From Octopus sinensis (lineage: Eukaryota): DNA of 64,000 bases. The stretch spans positions 124,001-188,000 of the forward strand of contig NW_021833228.1 of the NCBI RefSeq assembly GCF_006345805.1. The letters run 5' to 3'. A program made the translations under genes and the position numbers. How positions within the stretch are numbered: position 1 is the first letter of the stretch; each line of letters starts with the position of its first letter. The notes beneath the pieces are model-generated. The model was not told the DNA's origin, did not search any database, and saw nothing but the letters and a program-made list of their open reading frames with translations. Shown here one piece after another: positions 22,849 to 32,536 of this stretch.

Positions 22849-24644
22849 TCAGGCCATAACCCGTGGCCCCGACCTGGGACGTAGTCAGTCCTGTGCATAC
22901 CTTCCTTCTTGTGACACTTATGAAGACCTGTTGAGGCAAGTGAAAATCAAATCAAATCAAAACAAATCAAAATAGATGAACATCAGTGGAATTGTATTCT
23001 TTGTGGTACCAGTGCCGGTGGCACACAAGAAAACCACCCAAACGTGGCCGTAACCAGTACCGCATCGACTGGCCTCCGTGCTGTGGGCACAACAAACACC
23101 ATCCGATCGTGGCCGTTCGCCAGCCTCATCTGGCACATAAAGACACCATCCGAAGACCCGGCGACGTAGTCAGTCCACCTGTGCATACCTTCCCTCTTAT
23201 GACACTTGTGAAGACCTGTTGAGGCAAGTGTGTGACACTTGTGAAGACCTGTTGAGGCAAGTGAAAATCAAAAATCAAAAATCAAAAATCAAACCAAATC
23301 AAAATAGATGAATATCAATGGAATTTGTATCTTTGTGGTTCCAGTACCGGTGGCACACAAGAAAACCATCCGAAGTGGCCGTAGCTGGTACCGCATCGAC
23401 TGGCCTCCGTGCTGTGGGCACAACAAACACCATCTGATCGTGGCCGTTCGCCAGCCTCACCTGGCACCTGTGTCGGTGGCACATAAAAACACCATCCAAA
23501 GACCCGGCGACGTAGTCAGTCCACCTGTGCATACCTTCCCTCTTATGACACTTGTGAAGACCTGTTGAGGCAGAGGCAAGTGTGTGACACTTTGTGAAGA
23601 CCTGTTGAGGCAGAGGCAAGTGTGTGACACTTGTGGAGACCTGTTGAGGCAAGTGTGTGTGACACGCGTGACACTTGTGAAGACCTGTTGAGGCAAGTGA
23701 AAATCAAACCAAATCAAAATAGATGAACATCAATGGAATTTGTATCTTTGTGGTTCCAGTACCGGTGGCACACAAGGACACGCGTGACACTTGTGAAGAC
23801 CTGTTGAGGCAAGTGAAAATCAAACCAAATCAAAATAGATGAACATCAATGGAATTTGTATCTTGTGGTTCCAGTACCGGTGGCACACAAGAAAACCATC
23901 CGATCGTGGCCGTTCGCCAGCCACATCTGGCACCTGTGTCGGTGGCACATAAAGACACCATCCGAAGACCCGGCGACGTAGACAGTCCACCTGTGCATAC
24001 CTTCCTTCTTGTGACACTTGTGAAGACCTGTTGAGGCAAGTGACACTTGTGAAGACCTGTTGAGGCAAGTGAAAATCAAATCAAATCAAAACAAATCAAA
24101 ATAGATGAGCATAAATGGAATTTGTATCTTTGTGGTACCAGTGCCGGTGGCACACAAGAAAATCATCCGAACGTGGCCGTAGCCAGTACCGCATAGACTG
24201 GCCTCCGTGCTTTGGGGACGTAACAAACACCATCCGATCGTGGCCGTCCGCCAGCCTCATCTGGCACCTGTGTCGGTGGCACATAAAAACACCATCCGAG
24301 CGTGGCCGTCTGCCAGCCTCGTCTGGCACCTGCCAGCCTCATCTGGCACCTGTGTCGGTGGCACATAAAAACACCATCCGAGCGTGGCCGTCTGCCAGCC
24401 TCGTCTGGCACCTGTGTCGGTGGCACATAAAAACACCATCCGAGCGTGGCCGTTCGCCAGCCTCGTCTGGCACCTGTGTCGGTGGCACATAAAATCACCC
24501 ACTACACTCTCGGAGTGGTTGGCGTTAGGAAGGGCATCCAGCTGTAGAAACACTGCCAGATCTGACTGGCCTGGTGCAGCCTTCGGGCTCCCCAGACCCC
24601 AGTTGAACCGTCCAACCCATGCTAGCATGGAAAACGGACGCTAA
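22849..24644 (+). repeat. Modular repetitive 3' UTR of copy A (four ~320-470-bp macro-units, ~31-bp and 62-bp sub-repeats, AAATC runs)
   Basis: AAGACCCGGC recurs at ~22831, 23153, 23499 and 23965. GTGACACTTGTGAAGACCTGTTGAGGCAAGT is tandemly repeated. 62-bp units at 24250-24490. Confidence 0.9.
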
Positions 24645-24670
24645 ATGATGATGATGATGATGATGATGAT

Positions 24671-26726
24671 ACTGGTAGAATGTGTCAAAAGAAAACATTA
24701 CTTGCATCTTTTCCTTTTGATAGACAGATTCAACACAATTTCTAGTTAACTAAACACTTTTAAACTTCGTATACTGGTAGAATGTGTCAAAAGACAACAT
24801 TATTTGGATCTTTTCCTTTTGATAGACAGATTTCACACAATTTCTAGTTAACTAAACACTTTTAAACTTCGTATACTGGTAGAATGTGTCAAAAAACAAC
24901 ATTATTTGGATCTTTTCCTTTTGATAGACAAATTTCAACACAATTTCTAGTAAACTAAACACATTTAAACTTCGTATACTGGTAGAATGTGTCGAAAGAA
25001 AACATTATTTGGATCTTTCCCTTTTGATAGACAGATTTCAACACAATTTCTAGTTAACTAAACACTTTTAAACTTCGTATACTGGTAGAATGTGTCAAAA
25101 GACAACATTATTTGGATCTTTTCCTTTTGATAGACAGATTTCAACACAATTTCGAGTTAACTAAACACTTTTAAACTTCGTATACTGGTAGGATGTGTAG
25201 AAAGACAACATTATTTGGATCTTTTCCTTTTGATAGACAGATTTCAACACAATTTCTAGTTAACTAAACACTTTTAAACTTCGTATACTGGTAGAATGTG
25301 TCAAAAGACAACATTATTTGGATCTTTTCCTTTTGATAGACAGATTTCAACACAATTTCGAGTTAACTAAACACTTTTAAACTTCGTATACTGGTAGGAT
25401 GTGTCGAAAGAAAACATTATTTGGATCTTTCCCTTTTGATAGACAGATTTCAACACAATTTCTAGTTAACTAAACACTTTTAAACTTCGTATACTGGTAG
25501 AATGTGTCAAAAGACAACATTATTTGGATCTTTTCCTTTTGATAGACAGATTTCAACACAATTTCTAGTTAACTAAACACTTTTAAACTTCGTATACTGG
25601 TAGGATGTGTCGAAAGAAGACATTATTTGGATCTTTCCCTTTTGATAGACAGATTTCAACACAATTTCTAGTTAACTAAACACTTTAAAACTTCGTATAC
25701 TGGTAGAATGTGTCAAAAGACAACATTATTTGGATCTTTTCCTTTTGATAGACAGATTTCAACACAATTTCTAGTTAACTAAACACTTTTAAACTTCGTA
25801 TACTGGTAGAATGTGTCAAAAGACAACATTATTTGGATCTTTTCCTTTTGATAGACAGATTTCAACACAATTTCTAGTTAACTAAACACTTTTAAAACTT
25901 CGTATACTGGTAGAATGTGTCGAAAGAAAACATTATTTGGATCTTTCCCTTTTGATAGACAGATTTCAACACAATTTCTAGTTAACTAAACACTTTTAAA
26001 CTTCGTATACTGGTAGAATGTGTCAAAAGACAACATTATTTGGATCTTTTCCTTTTGATAACAGATTTCAACACAATTTCTAGTTAACTAAACACTTTAA
26101 ACTTCGTATACTGGTAGAATGTGTCAAAAGACAACATTATTTGGATCTTATCCTTTTGATAGACAGATTTCACACACAATTTCGAGTTAACTAAACACTT
26201 TAAACTTCGTATACTGGTAGGATGTGTCGAAAGAAAACATTATTTGCATCTTTCCCTTTTGATAGACAGATTTCAACACAATTTCTAGTTAACTAAACAC
26301 TTTTAAAACTTCGTATACTGTAGAATGTGTCGAAAGAAAACATTATTTGGATCTTTCCCTTTTGATAGACAGATTTCAACACAATTTCGAGTTAACTAAC
26401 ACTTTTAAACTTCGTATACTGGTAGGATGTGTCGAAAGAAAACATTATTTGGATCTTTCCCTTTTGATAGACAGATTTCAACACAATTTCTAGTTAACTA
26501 AACACTTTAAAACTTCGTATACTGGTAGAATGTGTCAAAAGACAACATTATTTGGATCTTTTCCTTTTGATAGACAGATTTCAACACAATTTCTAGTTAA
26601 CTAAACACTTTTAAACTTCGTATACTGGTAGAATGTGTCAAAAGACAACATTATTTGGATCTTTTCCTTTTGATAGACAGATTTCAACACAATTTCTAGT
26701 TAACTAAACACTTTTAAACTTCGTAT
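24671..26726. repeat. 103-bp satellite, segment 4 (2056 bp, 20 monomers)
   Basis: Variant pattern matches 16805-18860. Confidence 0.97.
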
Positions 26727-27609
26727 TTATAGCTCCTTATCGTCCACGCTTCTCCCATAGGTTAGGCAAAATTTAGGTATTTATTTATAGCTACTAATAA
26801 CTATTTCTCTCCCAAGGAAGGAAGAAATGGCTGCCGGCCGATTCTTGGTGGGCCACGACCCCCCCGTTCCTCTTCAATTGTCTTATATCTCTTTCGATCG
26901 CCATTCGCCCCCCCCCCTTTCTCTGCCACCTTATATGCATATAAACCAGCGACTGATTTCAACGGCCTCACTTGAATTCAGACTGGTATCCGACTCCCTA
27001 CGAAAATACGAAATACGAAATATGAATCCAAGCTAAGCAATCTATATTTAATTTCAACCCGTGTACCTACTTAACTATCTGCAACTGATCTGATCTTTTA
27101 GTTAGCCCTGTTTTATCTCTATTAGTATTATTGTTATGACTTGTGAAATTTAGCCTCACGCCTTGTGTCTTTTTTATATGTACATATAATTCTAATTCTA
27201 TAGTTCATCTTAATTATATATCGTTGTCTCATGTCTTGTGTTAAATATATATTTAATCTTAAAGCTTGCCCCTAATTTTATTTTATTTTATCGATCAGTC
27301 TCACGCCTCGTAGATATAGAATAAATGTATTTATAATTTATAGCTCCTTATCGTCCACGCTTCTCCCATAGGTTAGGCAAAATTTAGGTATTTATTTATA
27401 GCTACTAGCCCGGTTTTCGCGGTGCACCCGCCCTCCCACCCCCACCACCACCGGTACAGGAAGTCCTAAATTTTTCTCATCCTTGTCTCCCTTATACACT
27501 CAAAGTCTTACGCCACCCCCACCTCCTTCCATAAAAGGTAGTGTTCAGTCATTGCAAGATATGTTTAGTGTTGTATACGAGGTTTGAACTTAAGTTCCAT
27601 TGTTTGTCT

Positions 27610-30600
27610 ATGAATACTGCCAAACGCGAGTTTTCTTTTCAGGTACATGACGCTATTAGGACCAATACCACTTCCACCCCCACCCACAGCCTCAGGGTTG
27701 GCACCCTCAACGTCGGCACACTGAAAGGCAGATCTGGCGAGATAGTTGAATTGCTTGAACGGAGGTGGGTTGATATATGCTGCATTCAAGAAGTGAGGTG
27801 GAGAGGAGGTTCTGCTAGGTTCCTCACAGGCAAAGGACAGAGGTACAAGATTTTTTGGGCTGGGAATACTGACGGAGTCGGGGGTGTGGGCATGCTTATC
27901 GCCGAAAAATGGGTAGATAAGGTAATCGAGGTAGTCAGAGTAAGTGACAGAATAATTAAGATTAGATTAGTGCTCCACCATAGTTTAGCAACTATTATAT
28001 CGGCCTATGCCCCTCAGCCAGGGCTACCTGATGGACAGAAAGACTGTTTCTATGACACCCTACTGCAGACCACATCATTGACGAACGACAGGGACCTTCT
28101 CTTTGTGGCTGGTGACTTCAATGGGCATGTTGGACGACGTGCTGGGGGCTTCCATGGCGTGCATGGAGGCTACGGTTATGGTTCCCGCAACGAGGAGGGA
28201 ACCAGGCTGCTGGAGTTCTGCGATGCGAATAGTCTTATGATTTGCAACACTAACTTCAGGAAACCGACAAGCCACCTGGTCACCTACCGATCGGGCCGGC
28301 ATACTAGCCAAATCGACTACATCCTTGCCAGAAAAAGGAAAGATGGCTGCTTATAAATGCCAAAACCTTCCCAAGTGAAGAATGCACCCCACAACATAGA
28401 CTGGTAGTTAGTGACTTTAGGATCAGGACTAAGAGGGCGACTAGAAGACGACCAACATGGAGAAGAAGGGTCTGGAAGCTTAAAGACCCTGCGAATGGAC
28501 AGAGATTTAGAGATATGTTATTTGAAGCTTTAGACGAAATGGAAGGGAGTATAGCTACGCATGGGGTAGAAGACAACTGGACGCTTCTGAGGGACAACCT
28601 GCTGAAAGCCGCTGACCAGATCTGTGGCTGGTGCAAAGTCCCCTTAAGACCCAAAATAACGTGGTGGTGGAACAATATTGTTGACAGGGCTATTAGACAA
28701 AAGAAACAGGCTTGGAAGGCCTGGAAGAACGGTGGTAGCAGGGAAGTGTATCAGTCTGCCAGAAGGGAAGCCAGGAGACAGGTCTATCTAGCCAGAGGGG
28801 AAGCAGAGAAGGAAAAATTTGCCAATGTCCTGCGTCGTGAGGATGAAAGACTTGAGGTATTTCGTGTTGCAAGACAGTGTGTGAGAGAGAATCGTGACGT
28901 GGTAGGAGAGAAATGTGTTCGCAAGGAGGACGGTTCACTTGCACTTAATGAGGGTGCAAAGAGAGAGACTTGGAGACGCCACTATGATAGGTTGCTGAAT
29001 GAAGAAAATGAATGGGATAAAGAGAGTCTGCCGAATGTCGACCCAACAGAGGGACCAGCAATCCGAGTTAACAGTTCCTTAGTAGATAAGGCAATTAGAA
29101 GCATGAAAACAGGGAAGCCCCAGGCCCATCAGGAATTACTGCAGAGATGCTCAAAATATCTGGTGGTGTCGGCTATAGCTTAGTCACCCGTATAGTTAAC
29201 CAGGTGATACACGAGGGGGTCATACCCAATGACTGGTGTAGCAGCATAATAGTCAACTGCTACAAAGGTAAAGGCGACGCCCTAGAGACAAATAACTACA
29301 GGGGCATCAAGCTGCTGGATCAGGTAATGAAGGTTACGGAGAGGGTTGTAGCCGAACTAATTAGAGAGAGAGTTACCTTAGATGATATGCAGTTTGGGTT
29401 CGTGCCAGGGAAAAGTACTACTGATGCTATATTCCTGGTAAGACAGCTGCAGGAGAAATACCTAGCCAAAGATAAGCCCTTGTACCTGGCTTTTGTTGAC
29501 TTGGAGAAAGCCTTTGACAGGGTCCCCCGGTCCCTTATCTGGTGGTCAATGAGGAAACTAGGGATAGAAGAATGGTTGGTGAGAGCTGTGCAAGCCATGT
29601 ACAGAGACGCTGCTAGTAAGGTGAGGGTGGGCAACGAGTACAGTGAAGAATTCCGGGTAGAGGTTGGGGTCCACCAAGGTTCAGTCCTCAGTCCCCTCCT
29701 ATTTATCATAGTCCTCCAGGCAATAACGGAGGAATTCAAGACAGGTTGCCCCTGGGAGCTCCTCTATGCTGATGACCTTGCTCTAATTGCTGAGTCACTA
29801 TCAGAACTGGAGGAGAAGTTCCAGGTGTGGAAACAAGGATTAGAATCGAAGGGCCTTAGAATCAACCTAGCCAAAACCAAAGTTCTAATAAGTAGGAAGG
29901 TAGATCAATCACAAACGCCTTCAGGTAGATGGCCCTGCTCGATCTGTAAAAAAGGTGTAGGTAGAAACTCTATAAGATGCACCAAGTGTAAGCTATGGAC
30001 ACATAAGAGGTGCAGCAATGTCAAAGGAAGGCTAACTAGGAAAATAGTTTTTGTCTGTGGCAAATGCTCAGGAGCAATAAACACTGGAAATATGCAGAGA
30101 CCAACTTCTGCCACGTTCCAGGGAGACAAACTAGAAGTAGTTGATAGCTTCCGCTACCTAGGAGACCAAGTCAGTAGCGGGGGTGGGTGTGCTGAAAGTG
30201 TAACTGCTAGAGTAAGAATAGCCTGGGCAAAGTTTAGAGAGCTCTTACCCCTGCTGGTGACAAAAGGCCTCTCGCTCAGAGTAAAAGGCAGACTGTATGA
30301 TGCATGTGTACGTACAGCCATGCTACATGGTAGTGAAACATGGGCCGTGACTGCTGAGGATATGCGTAAGCTCGCAAGAAATGAAGCCAGTATGCTCCGA
30401 TGGATGTGTAATGTCAGTGTTCATAATCGTCAGAGTGTAAGTTCCTTGAGAGAAAAGCTGAACCTAAGAAGCGTCAGTTGTGGCGTGCAAGAGAGACGGC
30501 TGCGCTGGTATGGTCATGTGACAAGAAAGGCTGAAGATAGTTGTGTGCAAAAGTGCTACACCCTAGCAGTGGAGGGAACCTGTGGAAGAGGTAGACCCAG

Positions 30601-30718
30601 GAAAACCTGGGACGAGGTGGTGAAGCACGACCTTCGAACTTTAGGTCTCACTAAGGAAATGTCTAGAGACCGAGACCTATGGAAGTATGCTGTGCATGAG
30701 AAGACCCGGCAAGACTAG
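27610..30718 (+). CDS. RTE polyprotein (APE + RT + PHD-type finger), copy B; two 1-bp frameshifts as assembled
   Basis: Track ORFs 27541..28356, 28515..29183 and 29147..30718 (523 aa containing the whole RT and the finger). Frameshifts near 28338 and 29115. Confidence 0.87.
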
Positions 30719-32510
30719 TCAGGCCATAACCCGTGGCCCCGACCTGGGACGTAGTCAGTCCTGTGCATACCTTCCTTCTTGTGACACTTATGAAGACCTG
30801 TTGAGGCAAGTGAAAATCAAATCAAATCAAAACAAATCAAAATAGATGAACATCAGTGGAATTGTATTCTTTGTGGTACCAGTGCCGGTGGCACACAAGA
30901 AAACCACCCAAACGTGGCCGTAACCAGTACCGCATCGACTGGCCTCCGTGCTGTGGGCACAACAAACACCATCCGATCGTGGCCGTTCGCCAGCCTCATC
31001 TGGCACATAAAGACACCATCCGAAGACCCGGCGACGTAGTCAGTCCACCTGTGCATACCTTCCCTCTTATGACACTTGTGAAGACCTGTTGAGGCAAGTG
31101 TGTGACACTTGTGAAGACCTGTTGAGGCAAGTGAAAATCAAAAATCAAAAATCAAAAATCAAACCAAATCAAAATAGATGAATATCAATGGAATTTGTAT
31201 CTTTGTGGTTCCAGTACCGGTGGCACACAAGAAAACCATCCGAAGTGGCCGTAGCTGGTACCGCATCGACTGGCCTCCGTGCTGTGGGCACAACAAACAC
31301 CATCTGATCGTGGCCGTTCGCCAGCCTCACCTGGCACCTGTGTCGGTGGCACATAAAAACACCATCCAAAGACCCGGCGACGTAGTCAGTCCACCTGTGC
31401 ATACCTTCCTCTTATGACACTTGTGAAGACCTGTTGAGGCAGAGGCAAGTGTGTGACACTTTGTGAAGACCTGTTGAGGCAGAGGCAAGTGTGTGACACT
31501 TGTGGAGACCTGTTGAGGCAAGTGTGTGACACGCGTGACACTTGTGAAGACCTGTTGAGGCAAGTGAAAATCAAACCAAATCAAAATAGATGAACATCAA
31601 TGGAATTTGTATCTTTGTGGTTCCAGTACCGGTGGCACACAAGGACACGCGTGACACTTGTGAAGACCTGTTGAGGCAAGTGAAAATCAAACCAAATCAA
31701 AATAGATGAACATCAATGGAATTTGTATCTTTGTGGTTCCAGTACCGGTGGCACACAAGAAAACCATCCGATCGTGGCCGTTCGCCAGCCACATCTGGCA
31801 CCTGTGTCGGTGGCACATAAAGACACCATCCGAAGACCCGGCGACGTAGACAGTCCACCTGTGCATACCTTCCTTCTTGTGACACTTGTGAAGACCTGTG
31901 AGGCAAGTGACACTTGTGAAGACCTGTTGAGGCAAGTGAAAATCAAATCAAATCAAAACAAATCAAAATAGATGAGCATAAATGGAATTTGTATCTTTGT
32001 GGTACCAGTGCCGGTGGCACACAAAAAATCATCCGAACGTGGCCGTAGCCAGTACCGCATAGACTGGCCTCCGTGCTTTGGGGACGTAACAAACACCATC
32101 CGATCGTGGCCGTCCGCCAGCCTCATCTGGCACCTGTGTCGGTGGCACATAAAAACACCATCCGAGCGTGGCCGTCTGCCAGCCTCGTCTGGCACCTGCC
32201 AGCCTCATCTGGCACCTGTGTCGGTGGCACATAAAAACACCATCCGAGCGTGGCCGTCTGCCAGCCTCGTCTGGCACCTGTGTCGGTGGCACATAAAAAC
32301 ACCATCCGAGCGTGGCCGTTCGCCAGCCTCGTCTGGCACCTGTGTCGGTGGCACATAAAATCACCCACTACACTCTCGGAGTGGTTGGCGTTAGGAAGGG
32401 CATCCAGCTGTAGAAACACTGCCAGATCTGACTGGCCTGGTGCAGCCTTCGGGCTCCCCAGACCCCAGTTGAACCGTCCAACCCATGCTAGCATGGAAAA
32501 CGGACGCTAA
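30719..32510 (+). repeat. Modular repetitive 3' UTR of copy B
   Basis: Same module order as 22849-24644. Confidence 0.9.
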
Positions 32511-32536
32511 ATGATGATGATGATGATGATGATGAT

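Larger units (their letters stand above)
18861..24670 (+). mobile_element. Apparently full-length RTE-clade LINE, copy A (5810 bp): 5' leader, APE-RT ORF, 1.8-kb repetitive 3' UTR, (ATG)8AT tail
   Basis: Satellite is interrupted exactly at CTTCGTAT|ACTGGTAG. APE and RT motifs are present and the element ends in a short-repeat tail typical of RTE. Confidence 0.93.
26727..32536 (+). mobile_element. Apparently full-length RTE-clade LINE, copy B (tandem duplicate, period 7866 bp)
   Basis: Same junctions and same tail length as copy A. Differences seen are small indels in homopolymers or short repeats. Confidence 0.93.

Noticed and set aside
24241-24490. 62-bp hairpin repeats as a CRISPR-like array
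   Set aside because: Units are head-to-tail with no unique spacers, there are no cas genes, and the context is a eukaryotic LINE UTR.
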